The notes: generated from the letters alone by a model not told the origin. A stretch of 63,989 nt of DNA, filler included, from Octopus bimaculoides (GCF_001194135.2; 6 parts of 5 records of this genome joined end to end with filler, not necessarily neighbours in it), one strand, 5' to 3'. Counted from the first letter of the whole stretch, positions 24,849-38,640 are shown. Numbers and translations are program-made.

Positions 24849-25831
24849 TGAGTGTGTGCGTGCGTGTGTGTGTTACTCCGTGTCTATCTCATTTGGAGTA
24901 TTCATTGATGCTGGGCAGATCGTGCAAAATACCACTGTCAATATATTAATCCAATTTTCTCGAATGATGAGAAATATTTTTGACCGGAAACAAGTCAATG
25001 TATCTCACCCTTTACATCATCAAATATGTAATGATATGAAAAAATATAACAATAAATAAATAAATAAACAAATAGATAAAAAGCTATTAAATTTCGTAGA
25101 AGTAAACAATCTTTTCAGACGAAAACTAACATGTAATTCACGAGTGAATTGGTAACCCTGTAGATAGTGTCTTGAACTTTGCCATCTGGCAGCTAAATCG
25201 TCTGCTGTTAAAGTCTGTATTATTTTTAAAATAGAAAGTGGCAAGCTATATGTCTTAAATCTTAGGGTCAAGAGACTTGACAGCAATGAAATGATAGCCA
25301 CTCTTAAGAAAATGAAAAACAGAATTGAGTTGTTCTTAACTCAAGAATTCAGCAATTACTTGTATGCATTAATGAAGAAAGGACGCAACAGCAACAACGC
25401 AGATAAAATAAGGAGGTTGTGCATAACTAGCGACATCATGTGGGCAAATGTATCAAGCCACAGCGAATACATATTTTTACCGCTGGTTAGAGGCTTAAGA
25501 TCTGGTGTCACATTGCTGCATACATATGTGTATAGACAATCTTCACTCAAAAATTGTGGTCTAAGCATACATAGCGAGAGGAACGCCATCTACATTCAAT
25601 AAATACGTATCTACTGTAGCATGAACTGAGCATTAATTATTTTTTTAGGAAAACGTTCTATGTATGTTTGTACATGTATATATACACACACAGGCACACG
25701 TATGTGTGTATGTCTGAGCGAGCGAGCGCACGTGTGTGTGTGTGTATACACACTCATAATTTTGCATACACACGCAAGTTTACTGTTGGTATAGTTTACT
25801 GTTGGTATGTCGGTAGAATGGACCAAAAATT

Positions 25832-25922
25832 TTATTATTATTATTATTCAGGTCACTGCTTGGAATCGAACACGGAATCTTGGAGTTAATAGCCCGCGCT
25901 CGTAACCACTATGCCATATGCC
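25832..25922 (-). mobile_element. tRNA-like head plus short (AAT)n, same family as 50030-50106
   Basis: TATTATTCAGGTCACTGCTTGGAATCGAACACGGAATCTTGG..CCCGCGCTCGTAACCACTATGCCATATGCC; the HHR module is absent here. Confidence 0.8.
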
Positions 25923-26408
25923 AGTGGTTGCTTTTTGTTGTTGTTTTTTTTTTTTTACAAAAAGAACCAAAACAATGTGGCTTATTCAAGTGAAGGCAAA
26001 TTAGTTGCTGAACAACGGATGTTGATAATGTTTTGTTGTTATGCTTTTGGAAATGTGCCAACGGTTTTTTTAAAAATCATTTTTTTGTTTATTATGTTAT
26101 ATATTTTTTATATAAATATGGTGAGATAATGGCCCACATTAGTTTCACTATTGACCCACATACATTTTGCTTAATGTTAAGCAGTCAGCATTCGCCGTAC
26201 CATGATGTACTTCTCTCGATGTCGTCACAGAGACTCATAATCGTTTTCTTTCACATTACAAAATGCCCGAATAGAAACTTCACTTGAAACGCTAACCGAT
26301 GCAAATCAGATGGACCATGCCGACACAGATCTGCATCCCGATCACAAAAAACCTTACAAAGAGGGGGCACGCATATTAATCAGCTGAAATGTTTTTCAGT
26401 CTCGTTAC

Positions 26409-26475
26409 CTGCTTCTGCAATGGCAGTCGAGTTATTGAGAAAACACTTGAGCTTCAATGTAGCTCCGAGGACATT
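26409..26475 (-). other. Candidate 67-nt exon
   Basis: TTTCATTCTTTTTCGTCAG|..GCAG|GTAACG; one open frame, NVLGATLKLKCFLNNSTAIAEA; no recognised homology. Confidence 0.25.
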
Positions 26476-26699
26476 CTGACGAAAAAGAATGAAATACAAT
26501 GAAGAGAAACAATACCTTAATTTATTTACATATTCACTAATGATGGTAGTCTCTCGTAGTCGGTGAAAAACGGTTCTATAATTTCTAACTGAACAACTTC
26601 TACAAATGATTTCTTATAGCGATCAAATGAATGTGGAGTCTCTTAGCTCACTCCCTCCATCAAATCGAAGTTGTTTGAACAGATGCCAGGAGTAACACG

Positions 26700-26842
26700 T
26701 TAGGTGTCGAATTGACCGCAGAGGGCAAGGTGAGATGAAGTGTTTCGCTAAAGAACACAACTCACCACCCAGTCCAGGAATAGAAGCCAATATCTCGCGA
26801 TCGTGAGTGCAACACCCTAATCATTAGGCCAAGCACCCGCCA
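26700..26842 (-). mobile_element. SINE family D head, degraded
   Basis: GAAGTGTTTCGCT..CGATCGTGAGTGCAACACCCTAATCATTAGGCC is a reverse match to 39169. Confidence 0.6.
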
Positions 26843-27366
26843 CATTCTCTTATATACTTTGTAGTAATATACTGATAAATGTAGTAAATTCGGAAGTACT
26901 TCATCTCGTATCGTCAGAGACGAAATTTAACATTTAGAGATGCCAGTTTTTTAGATTTTATCGATATCAAATCTATAATGGTATTGTATGATCCGACGAG
27001 GGAAACTCCAAGGTTATCGGTCAGTAATCTACAAATGCAACCAAATATCCATTAATTCACAGCATGAAAAACTCATTCGAGAAGGCCATGCTGGGTTTAC
27101 TATTTCTATTTAAAAAAAATATTGATTGTCAGAGACAGAACGCCTTTCTGTAATCATGGATTTGTATTTATCATGTTTGCTTCAATTACTTTTGTTTCAT
27201 TTATGAGTTTGTTTCTTGAAAGATAATCTGGTGTTAAACAACGATGGCATCTGGAGTATGTTCCAACTGATCTATGGGAATGAAGATCAAAAGTGTGTTT
27301 AAACTCTACAGAATATAAGATGAAAGTCATGAAATAATAGCTTGTATTATGATAAAAAAAAATATT

Positions 27367-27560
27367 AAGACGGTGAGGTAGCACAATCGTTAGCATGCTG
27401 GACATAATGTTTAACAGCATTTCGTCCGTCTTTATGTTTTCAGCACAAATGTCTGCGTGGTCTACTTTGCTGTTCATCCTTTCGAAGTCGATAAAGAAAG
27501 TACCAATCGACGTAATCGTCTTACTTTTCCTTCCGAACTTAGCTGGACTCGTGCTATAAT
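27367..27560 (+). mobile_element. SINE family B, degraded
   Basis: AATCGTTAGCATGCTGG..CATTTCGTCCGTCTTTATG..CATCCTTTCGAAGTCGATAAA..AAGTACC. Confidence 0.65.
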
Positions 27561-28185
27561 TTGAAACCCATATGACGAAAATCATTTACACATATCCACA
27601 AAGATATTAGAGGATCAGTGTTTCAAAGAACAGATGTTTTCCACTCTACCAATTGATTTATTCAAATTTGATTAGCACCGAAAGTGGGGAAGGCAAAATT
27701 AACGTCAGCGACATTTCAACTACGAAATTAAAGGGACATAACTAAATACCACTGCATATTTTGTCACATTCACGACAAATTTTGCTTAAATAAATTAAAC
27801 CATCCAGTTCGTTAATGTACAATGTCTAGTATACATTCCAGAAGTTGTTTAGTCCAGACCAACCTGTCATTCTCCATGTTTACAATTACAACGTATCAAA
27901 AGTGTTTTTCACCAAATAAGACCTAAAGACGAATTTGAGGGAATGCAGATGGTACACAGGGATAGTTTCTAGAGTTTAACCATAAAAGGAAACAAAATAT
28001 TCACACCCTAAAATTAATAATATTACATATAAAAAAGATAAGAGCCTAACTGACTATCAGAAAATCAATTATACTGATATTATATTGCATTCGTGATATT
28101 CGGAAATTAAATTTATGAGGTTTGCAAAATTGCTTCTTGCATTTGTTCTTTACGTTTGTTAAAAATACAAAGATTGGCTCACCTG

Positions 28186-28261
<76 letters not shown>

Positions 28262-28363
28262 GCTATCTATCGATCGATCAATCTACCTATTTATCTATCT
28301 ACCTATCTCTCTATCAATCTACCTGTCTACCTATCTATTAAAATATGCCTCTCTCTCTCCTCC

Positions 28364-28431
<68 letters not shown>

Positions 28432-28534
28432 TATATCATTTTGTATGTTTAGCAGTCAGTTTATCTCTATTTCTCATTATATATACATGCATATACCCAC
28501 ATCTATATATCTATGCGTATGTATATGAGTGAGA

Positions 28535-28634
28535 NNNNNNNNNNNNNNNNNNNNNNNNNNNNNNNNNNNNNNNNNNNNTTAATTAATTAANNNNNNNNNN
28601 NNNNNNNNNNNNNNNNNNNNNNNNNNNNNNNNNN
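28535..28634. other. Assembly spacer 44N-TTAATTAATTAA-44N
   Basis: As above. Confidence 0.95.
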
Positions 28635-29274
28635 CAACACTACGTTTAGTTAAGGTTAAATAGATAAATAAGTAGATGAGAGAAATGGTACTCAATACTT
28701 GTTTTTATTTGTACGACGCAGATGATACATTCTGTCGCAGCTCAGTTCTTCTCAGTCAATATCAACCTTCAGGCAACACCAAAAATGAATGAAAGAATGA
28801 GTTCTACTGACCAAAACAATCCCATCGTTCTTCTATGAGACATAGGTTATCTTGGACAATATCATCCAATGTTTTCTGAGTTTTATATCTTTTTTTTTCG
28901 TTTTGATTTGAGGGAAATTTATTTGCTATTTTAGCAAACAGAGCAACCACATAAGGGCAATAGTCTTTCTTTTCTTTTCTTTTCTTTTCGCGCTTTGTAT
29001 CTCCTGCTGACATTTATGTCTCCTGATGTATTTCATTATCTCTGTCCTTGTCTCTGTTTCTGTCTGTTAGTTTCACTATCTCTCTCATCATTCTCTTTCC
29101 CTTTTTCTGTTTCCAACTCTTTGTTTCTCTCTCGAACTCTCTCTTTTTCTCCCTTTCCAGCAGTATCTTTCTCTTTCTTAATCGCAATGGCTTTTCCTCC
29201 CATTTTCTCACTCCCTTGCTTCTTCTCTCTCTCTCTCTTTCTCTTTAACTGTTTCTTTCTCTGAGTCGGAACTA

Positions 29275-29352
<78 letters not shown>

Positions 29353-30160
29353 AATCTCACTTGTCTGACTCTTTCTTTTACCGTATACGAGACTCTATGT
29401 CTCCCTTCGTTCTTCACTTTCACCAGATATTTCTCTCTATCCATCCAACTGTCTGCCTGTTTGTCTCTCTGTATATATCACCGTCTCCGTCTATCTTTCT
29501 CTTTCTCCCCTTCTCTTTCTCTCTCTTCGTCTCTTCACATGTCTTTTTGCCATTTCTATCTTCTTTAGATGTGTCATTGTCCCTTATTTTTGCTCCCCTC
29601 TACCGCTCTCCCACGCCGCTGGTTCTTGTTCTACATATTTCTTCTGAAAGTCTTTAGACTTTAAGTGTTCGGTCATTATAATCAAAGATTGTTTAAACCT
29701 TAGTAGGTCACTAGGACACACACTCACACGCAAAGAGAGAAAGAGAAGGAGACAGACAGACAGAATGAGAGAGACGCCGCAGCTTCAAGCACTCTTCCAC
29801 TTACTACTCGCGCAATAGTTTGAATATTACGTATGTATAACAATTACATACGTAAATGTAAATTGGTGTCAAACATTCTCACTAAATATGTCAATTGTTT
29901 CCACTGCTTAAATTGTGATTCAGGCAATGGAATCGTACGAACCCGTAACCTTTTATATATTTTACACTGCTACTGTTGTTGTTTAACACTAGGTCGACCT
30001 TGGCTGAACAGACCTGTGAAGGACGTTCCACTCAAGATCATTCCGTCTTTTTTATCCCATGTTTCCTTCTTTTTTCAAGTCGTTTGGGTATAATTTGAGG
30101 GATTAAGTGATCTCATAGTGAATATCCCGTTAGTTAGTATACCTTAATATTTTTGTTGTT

Positions 30161-30523
30161 AGGACGGCAAGCTGGTAGAATCGTTAGCACGCTGGGTGAA
30201 ATGCTTAGCGGTATTTCGTCTGTCTTTACGTTTTGAGTTCAAATTCCGTTGAGGTCGACTTCGCCTTTCATCCTTTCGGGGTCAATAAATTAAGTGCCAG
30301 TTGCGTACTGGAGTTCTAATCGACTGGCTCCGCCCCACCAAAATTTCGGGCCTTGTGCCTAGAGGAGAAAAGAATCGTTTGCACGCCGGCTGAGTGCTTA
30401 GTGGCATTTCGTCCGTCTTTACATTCTGACTTCAAAATCCGCTGAGGTTGACTTTACCTTTCATCCTTTCGGGGTCGATAAAATAAGTACCAGTTGAATT
30501 CTGGGCTCGATGTAATCGATCTA
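30161..30523 (+). mobile_element. Two tandem SINE family B copies (30161-30372, 30373-30523)
   Basis: Both carry GCTTAG[C/T]GG[T/C]ATTTCGTC..TTCAAA..CTTTCATCCTTTCGGGGTC. Confidence 0.85.
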
Positions 30524-31011
30524 NNNNNNNNNNNNNNNNNNNNNNNNNNNNNNNNNNNNNNNNNNNNNNNNNNNNNNNNNNNNNNNNNNNNNNNNNNNNN
30601 NNNNNNNNNNNNNNNNNNNNNNNNNNNNNNNNNNNNNNNNNNNNNNNNNNNNNNNNNNNNNNNNNNNNNNNNNNNNNNNNNNNNNNNNNNNNNNNNNNNN
30701 NNNNNNNNNNNNNNNNNNNNNNNNNNNNNNNNNNNNNNNNNNNNNNNNNNNNNNNNNNNNNNNNNNNNNNNNNNNNNNNNNNNNNNNNNNNNNNNNNNNN
30801 NNNNNNNNNNNNNNNNNNNNNNNNNNNNNNNNNNNNNNNNNNNNNNNNNNNNNNNNNNNNNNNNNNNNNNNNNNNNNNNNNNNNNNNNNNNNNNNNNNNN
30901 NNNNNNNNNNNNNNNNNNNNNNNNNNNNNNNNNNNNNNNNNNNNNNNNNNNNNNNNNNNNNNNNNNNNNNNNNNNNNNNNNNNNNNNNNNNNNNNNNTAT
31001 ATGGCACGTGA

Positions 31012-32660
31012 TCAACCAACACAAACCGTCAACCCAGCCGGGTCCTCAGTGAAGAGAACACTGTAAGCAGGGTCTGACTCAGAAAATCGAGCAGCATGGC
31101 CAAACAGTCTGAACCGGTGTTCCCGAATGATGGAAGTAACAGGACGCATCCTAGTTTCTGAGTAAAGTCGTTGGTTGGATACGAAATCTGACTGATGGAA
31201 ACCCATAATCCTGCGAAGTGTCCTTGTACCAAAAGAGTTCAGGCGGCTCCTAAGAGCCCTGGACAGTGTCCAAGTCTCACATCTGTAGAGCAGGACAAGG
31301 AGGACCAGAGATTTAAAGACCCGAACCTTTGTCTTCTTGCTTAGAAAATGGTAGCGCCATACACTCTTGTCCGATGAGTCCACAGCACCAGCTCGTCCAA
31401 GTCTTTTCAGGACTTCAGATTTGCAGCTAATGCCAGTATGCATCTCGCTGCTGAGATAAGTGAAGCGGTCAACAACTTCAACATTCTCACCCACAACAAA
31501 GACAGACGAAGTGAAGTCCTCCAAGAAGCCAACAAAAGACAGGATCTATATCTTAACCCAAGAGACTTTAAGGTGAAGTGGTTCCGCTTTCTCACTCAGT
31601 GAAAGGAGAACACTCCTTAAGACATCCAGAGACTCAGCAAGAATAACTGTGTCATCAGCAAAATCTAGGTCTGTAATCCTAGGTTCACCAATGAGTGCAC
31701 AACTCGATCGAAACGCAATTTGGTCAAGTATCCAAACCACGCTATCATTGAACAGAGTAGGAATCAAGAGACAACCTTGATGGACCCTAAATCTAACTGA
31801 GGAAAAGTGCAGGAGTGGCTGTGTGGTAAGTAGCTTGCTTACCAACCACATGGTTCCGAGTTCAGTCCCACTGCTTGGGACTTTGGGCAAGTGTCTTCTA
31901 CTATAGCCTCGGGCCGACCAAAGCCTTGTGAGTGGATTTGGTAGACAGAAACTGAAAGAAGCCCGTCGTATATATGTATATATATATGTATATATATGTG
32001 TGTGTTTGTGTGTCTGTGTTTGTCCCCCCAACATCGCTTGACAACCGATGCTGGTGTGTTTACGTCTCCGTAACTTAGTGGTTCGGNNNNNNNNNNGACT
32101 TTGGGCAAGTGTCTTCTACTATAGCCTCGGGCCGACCAAAGCCTTGTGAGTGGATTTGGTAGACAGAAACTGAAAGAAGCCCGTCGTATATATGTATATA
32201 TATATGTATATATATGTGTGTGTTTGTGTGTCTGTGTTTGTCCCCCCAACATCGCTTGACAACCGATGCTGGTGTGTTTACGTCTCCGTAACTTAGTGGT
32301 TCGGCAAAAATGACCGATAGAATAAGTACTAGGCTTACAAAGAATAAGTCCTAGGGTCGATTTGCTCGACTAAAGGCGGTCCGCCAGCATGGCTGCAGTC
32401 AAATGACTGAAACAAGTAAAAGTCAAATGTTGAGCTCTCACTCCAAACTGCACTGACTTTTCCAATGTACAAAGAAGGTCATCATCACCTCGATCAGTAG
32501 AGGAGGTATGCCTCACAGCTCCACAATCCTCGAAAGCACATCCCAGTCTACCGAGTCAAGAGGAAGAGATGGACTGCAAGCAGCTCTTGTCAAAAACTCT
32601 GCTTGCATTCAATGAGTACACGAAGAAGGAGTCTTCACAGCGCTGAGCAGAGCGATTCCT
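31012..32660 (-). mobile_element. RTE-clade LINE reverse transcriptase fragment interrupted by a SINE
   Basis: DSVDWDVLSRI..GIPPLLI..|FSSVRFRVHQGCLLIPTLFN..DLDFADDTVIL..VDRFTYLSS..LLYRCETWTL..LRRIMG. Confidence 0.9.
31809..32417 (+). mobile_element. Full-length SINE family A with a 6-bp TSD (AAAAGT)
   Basis: A-box GTGGCTGTGTGGT, B-box-like GAGTTCAGTCCC, CORE-like TTGGGCAAGTGTCTT and an internal (TA)/(TG) tract. TSD at 31803-31808 and 32418-32423; removing it restores the RTE frame STFDFSSV. Confidence 0.92.
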
Positions 32661-33347
32661 ATATAGGCAGCACGTAAGCAAAAAGAGGAATGAAAATAAG
32701 CTGAAATAAATTGAATTAATCTTTCGTAATATCAGTTTTGGAAATTCGCCTGCCTTCTTACAAAATTCATATGGTGCTTGTCGTTGGTCTCCTACTGACT
32801 GTTCCGGTGTACAAGGTCATCGTGTGTGTGTGTGTGTGTGTGTGCGCGTGCGTGCGCGCGTGCATGTGTGCGGGCGCGTATATATGTGTGCATTCATATC
32901 AATAATTCGTCCTTGTGCATATGCATGTGCATGTGCGTATGTGAAACTACATTGTTTAATGTGCCCTTACCTAAAGTAAGACGACAGGGCATAATTTTGT
33001 AATTTGAGGGAAATTTTGTTACTATTTCTAACAAATCTAGCGATCGAGCTGAAGCTTTTTATCACTGTTTCGAAATAAGCCTGATTCTTGTGGTTACGCC
33101 GCAGACCAGCCGTTATCGAACAGACTCACTATAAAAGGCCTTCCGCTTGTGACTTTTATTTCTTTTTGCATATCAGGAATGACATTGGAGAATATTCCGT
33201 GTATTTAAGAAGGTCGGCTGTGATTTCATGAACATTAGGCTGTTCTATCCAGCAGGTCGACCGATCATGTAGAAGTACCATTGCTGAACAACGAGACCAG
33301 CAGGTATACATGATGTCACCTTAATTTTTACGCAATAATACAGAAAA

Positions 33348-33378
<31 letters not shown>

Positions 33379-33488
33379 GTTACACACAGACACACACACA
33401 TATACAAAGACGATTTATGTATGTATTATATGAAATATAAGAATAATATATGTATGTGTATATATACATACATACATACATGCATACA

Positions 33489-33886
33489 TTGTTGTTGTTG
33501 TTGTTGTTGGCACTCCATCGCTTACGACGTCGAGGGTTCCATTTGATCCGATCAACGGAACAGCCTGCTCGTGAAATTAACGTGCAAGTGGCTGAGCACT
33601 CCACAGACACGTGTACCCTTAACGTAGTTCTCGGAGATATTCAACGTGACACAGTGTAACAAGGCTGACTCTATGAATTACAGGCACAACAGAAACAGGA
33701 AGTAAGAGTGAGAGAAAGTTGTGGTGAAAGAGTACAGCAGGATTCGACACCATCCCCTGCCAGATCCTCGTGGAGCTTTAGGTGTTTTCGCTCAATAAAC
33801 ACTCACAACGCCCGGTCTGAAAATCGAAACCGCGAACCTATGACCGCGAGTCCGCTGCCCTAACCACTGGGTCATTGCGCCCCCAC
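33489..33886 (-). mobile_element. SINE family C, full length
   Basis: Reverse complement of 19892-20400, with a (TTG)n tail. Confidence 0.92.
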
Positions 33887-34444
33887 ACATACATACATAC
33901 ATACATACATACATACATACACATGCACGCACACATAAATACTCATACACAGAGGGGGAAAAATTCCTCCCAGAGGGCGACGTTTCTCTTAGTTTTGAAT
34001 AATTAAATTATTGTACTATTAACACTATTATTCTCTCAAACAAAGGTTTTTGCAATTGATGTAATTTTTCTTTAAATAAGTAAAATGCATTGTTCGTATC
34101 CCCTTTGTGATTTTAATTTGTAGATTTGCTTGGCTTGTTCCTTATTGTCTTTGCTGAATACCAATTTTATATAACCCCACAAATTCCGAAAATAACGAAT
34201 AAGCAAACCTATCTAATTCTATCTTGTGTGTTTCAAATCGCTAAACCAGACATTTAAAATAGAACACACACAACGTCACACCCTTCTCGTTACCCTATCT
34301 CTTTTATCATTTATGGTATGTTGTATGTGTGTGTTCATCCAAATTTCGTAATGTCTTTTCAGAATTTCTACTTTGGTTATTTTTATTATTTTCTGTCATC
34401 CTACTCAACACATCTGTCTCTCTCTCCCTATACATGCATACTCA

Positions 34445-34499
<55 letters not shown>

Positions 34500-34739
34500 G
34501 CATCTCCAAATGATTTTGGTAACAATTTTCGAAGTTAACCCATTAGATTTCAATCATAATGTGTTGCAGACCAACGAATGTACATGAAAAATTGCAAGAG
34601 TAAATTTTCTCAGGGTCTTCCTGCTGTTATACGTAAAGTTCCGAAGCACAATTTTCTGACTGTGCTCAACTAGGTCAATCTGACGAACACAAATTTTATC
34701 ATTTCGAAACCAACAAAAATGGTACCAAAGCAAAGGACT

Positions 34740-35188
34740 GTCTTGAAAATCAGCTATTACGTCTAAATACAATATTCTAGAAGAGAATCAGCCAACTCTA
34801 GACATTTTTAGCCCCAAATGGAAGCAAATCACAGATTGATTACATGATTATCAACCGTAAATGGATTAACAATACAAAACACAGTAGAACTACCTTCTTG
34901 TCATCTGATTGGCACAATGTGTCTGTGAGAATTCGTCTAAGACTTTATGCCAGCAAAAGTAACTTGAAGAGAAGCTCATCTTACGGTTGGTCTGCTCTGA
35001 ATAAAAATCCGGAAATTCGAAATAAATTTGCCGTCTCTGTTCAGAATCGATTTGCTGTTTTTCAAGAGGAAAACAATACAAACTTACCAAACAGCACTAA
35101 ACAGCGAGGAAACAGCATCAGATAACATCTCTCATAAACCTAAGGTACGGAAACGAAAATGAAACAGCTTAAGTTCGTCCGTCAAACG

Positions 35189-35260
<72 letters not shown>

Positions 35261-35272
35261 GTCTGTCGTTCA

Positions 35273-35338
<66 letters not shown>

Positions 35339-36420
35339 TTATCTATCTCTCTATCTATCTGTCTGTCTGTCTGTCATCTCCATCCACTATTTGTGGGATG
35401 GCCATTGGAGTAGACTCCTCAGGTACCGCCTCAATAGAATCTTATCATAAGCCAAAAGTCAGTAAATTTTCCGGCTGGATCCGAAGCATGACCAATTTTA
35501 GTTATGGATATTATACAACTGTCTCGTTCCTGGTCGGCTGCAAGGTCTTCTGCTGGTTGGCAGGAGAATCCGTCTTGCGATACTTTCCGCTTTGTTAGAG
35601 TCGCAAAGTTGCTCGTTTGAAAGATTCAGCAACGACGCTTGAAAATAACGAAACCTATAAGAGAGCGAAATTATCTCTTGTTGAAGTCAATGAAAAAGAT
35701 CAAGCTGAATAACTATAAGATCGATTAAATCAGAAATGCAGCCGACAGCAAGAAATCTGCCGTTGCATGGAATACAGTAAATGAAATCAGTGAAAGTAAG
35801 AAGTGAAATATTTCCAGACAAAGAGCTTGAAGTAAGCGAGAGAAAACTGAATTATAGAAGAAGCACTCTGAAGATCTTCTAGGTAAACCTCCAAAAATTA
35901 CTGAAGGCAGTATCAATCCAGTCTTTCTGCAATTCTATATAAAGAGCGGTTCTTTCACCATTGATGAACTTCAAGCTGCCCTCAAATCAATCTGGAATGA
36001 TTTGCGGTCTGGATAGCATCTCTGGAATCTGGAAGAATTCAACAATGTGTTCCAGGAGGCTTGCAATGTTGTATACCAGCAACGAGCAATAGATAGCTGG
36101 AGTGAGGGGTGTATAATACTAGTGACTAAGAAAGGAGACTTGGGTTTTACGAAGAACTAACGTGACTTTACACTCAATGAAATTGCAGCTAAATTCAAAC
36201 TTGATGCTACTGGAAAGAATCAGACCCAAGCTTGGGAAAATTCTTTGCAAGAATCAGAATGACTTTCGTCTAAATAGATCAACGATAGGACAAATAATTA
36301 CAATCATGTGAATCATTAAAGGTGAGAAAGAAGATACAGAAACTGTTTTACTTTTCGAGAAAAAATTGGAAGCCAATTGCAAGCAATGGTGTATAACAGC
36401 TAATAGCTTTGTCGATATAA
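34740..36420 (+). mobile_element. APE-type LINE (RTE/RTEX-like), endonuclease to start of RT, decayed
   Basis: APNGSKSQIDYMIINRKW..SDWH..; KKGDL..N.RDFTL..AAK..LLERIRP..KNQNDFRLNRSTIGQI. Interrupted by (CTAT)n at 35189-35375 and a possible inverted LINE 3' piece at about 35376-35600. Confidence 0.75.
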
Positions 36421-36986
36421 TGATACCGTGATATATATATATATATATATATANNNNNNNNNNNNNNNNNNNNNNNNNNNNNNNNNNNNNNNNNNNNNNN
36501 NNNNNNNNNNNNNNNNNNNNNNNNNNNNNNNNNNNNNNNNNNNNNNNNNNNNNNNNNNNNNNNNNNNNNNNNNNNNNNNNNNNNNNNNNNNNNNNNNNNN
36601 NNNNNNNNNNNNNNNNNNNNNNNNNNNNNNNNNNNNNNNNNNNNNNNNNNNNNNNNNNNNNNNNNNNNNNNNNNNNNNNNNNNNNNNNNNNNNNNNNNNN
36701 NNNNNNNNNNNNNNNNNNNNNNNNNNNNNNNNNNNNNNNNNNNNNNNNNNNNNNNNNNNNNNNNNNNNNNNNNNNNNNNNNNNNNNNNNNNNNNNNNNNN
36801 NNNNNNNNNNNNNNNNNNNNNNNNNNNNNNNNNNNNNNNNNNNNNNNNNNNNNNNNNNNNNNNNNNNNNNNNNNNNNNNNNNNNNNNNNNNNNNNNNNNN
36901 NNNNNNNNNNNNNNNNNNNNNNNNNNNNNNNNNNNNNNNNNNNNNNNNNNNNNNNNNNNNNNNNNNNNNNNNNNNNNNNNNNNNNN

Positions 36987-37032
<46 letters not shown>

Positions 37033-38130
37033 TGTATGTATGTGTGTGCGTGTGTACACATGTGTGTCTGTGTATGTTCTTTTATGCTGAGAATGCTTAG
37101 TATTATGACGATGAGCAGGAAGAGGAATGTGAGGGGCGGTGTTTGAAGAGTGAGAAGGTGAAGGGGGGACATTGAAAAGTGAACGGCGTTGAAGAAAGAC
37201 GATAATGAAATAATGCACGCGCATACGCATGCATGTATACATAGATACATACATACATACATACATACGTACATACGTACGTGTACGCACGTATGTATAT
37301 ATATATGGGCTCGAGGAGAAAAGGAAGGTAGAAGTAGAAGGTTGGTGGAAGAGAAGGGGGAAAGATGCAGGATGACGGCAGATGTGGTGGGGAGAGTGAA
37401 GTGAGGAAGAGGAAGGTCAAAGAGATGGTAAAGGTGGCGGCCAATGGTATGTGGGTTGGTGGCTCTATGTGTTACGTCATGTACTGCAATGGTGCTTTTG
37501 TTTCGTAGAACAAACGAAAGTACTATTTCATTATGTGTAATTAAATATGAGGATAAAAAGAAATAAAGAAACAAAGAGAACTATTAATTAAAATAATAGT
37601 TTCTAACATAGGCGCAATATCATATATGAGACGGCGGGAGTGCATGTATTGTTAGCGTACTGGTAGATTAGTTATAATATCAGATGAAATGTCCCATTCG
37701 TTTTAAGTTCTCGGTTCAATTGCCAAGGTCATTTTTTACCTTTCATTCTTCCGGGGGCGCTAAAGGAGCAAAATATCGAGTTCGATTTATTGTATCTAGA
37801 GGTAGACGGAATTACAATCGAAGAATAAGAGGCCCGTCCGATTAATTCACCTAATGTATATTTTATCGCTTCCTATCCTCACGAGAGAAGCGTCGTACTA
37901 TCATGAATGCAGAAATTGTACAAAAGATGCATTTATATTTGCGGTTCGGATTGGTCCAAATTAGCGAAATATTGGGGTGGGATGTGATGCTGTTGACTTT
38001 CTAATTTTCTGCCCCGTAGGGACATTTGTTTTTAAGGAGATTGTCTGATAGCTGTAGTGGATTTTCAACTTGTTGAAGATTTGACACTAAAAAATGGCAC
38101 AAATGTATTGATACATCATGTGATCAATTG

Positions 38131-38351
38131 TACAAAGTGTCCATATATTACCTCCACAATTTGAAAACTTCAGAAAAATAAAAAAATAAAGGAATAACTC
38201 GGCAGGTTGCGTGGAACGAATGAAATCCACGTGGAAGTGTTCTGGTATTTCTAATTAAACTTTTCCGATTAACTCCCCTGAATTATTCTTATTTTTTCAG
38301 TTATTTTTCTGAATTTTTCAAATTGTAAAGGTAATTTACGGACAGCTCGTA
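38131..38351. mobile_element. Tc1/mariner-type MITE
   Basis: TA-CAAAGTGTCCATATATTACCTCCACAATTTGAAAACTTCAGAAAAATAA..TTATTTTTCTGAATTTTTCAAATTGTAAAGGTAATTTACGGACAGCTCG-TA: about 50-bp imperfect TIRs. Confidence 0.75.
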
Positions 38352-38640
38352 TTTTTGTTCCGTTGAGAAATTCATAGAAATTATGCCGTTTCAAAAACCA
38401 GGTTTTCTGAGTTTCACGTGTGTCTTTAACACAGCGTTTAACTACTTATAGTACACTCACATTTTCGTGCCTTTCTAAGCTAGAACGCCGCCCTCGTGTA
38501 ACCTAACTTTTTCTTATAAACCTCAAGGTCATATAGAGATTGGCAAAGCTTGCTGATGCTGACATTGTCTGACAGATTCACGTCAGTAGGTGCAGCACTC
38601 TCACAGACATACACTTGTAAACAAAATCGACTTTTCTTAC

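Noticed and set aside
27154-27585. 143-aa ORF
   Set aside because: Its N-terminal half is antisense SINE B, and it has no recognisable domain.
33131-33302. Exon candidates on either strand
   Set aside because: All frames hit stops between the plausible splice sites.
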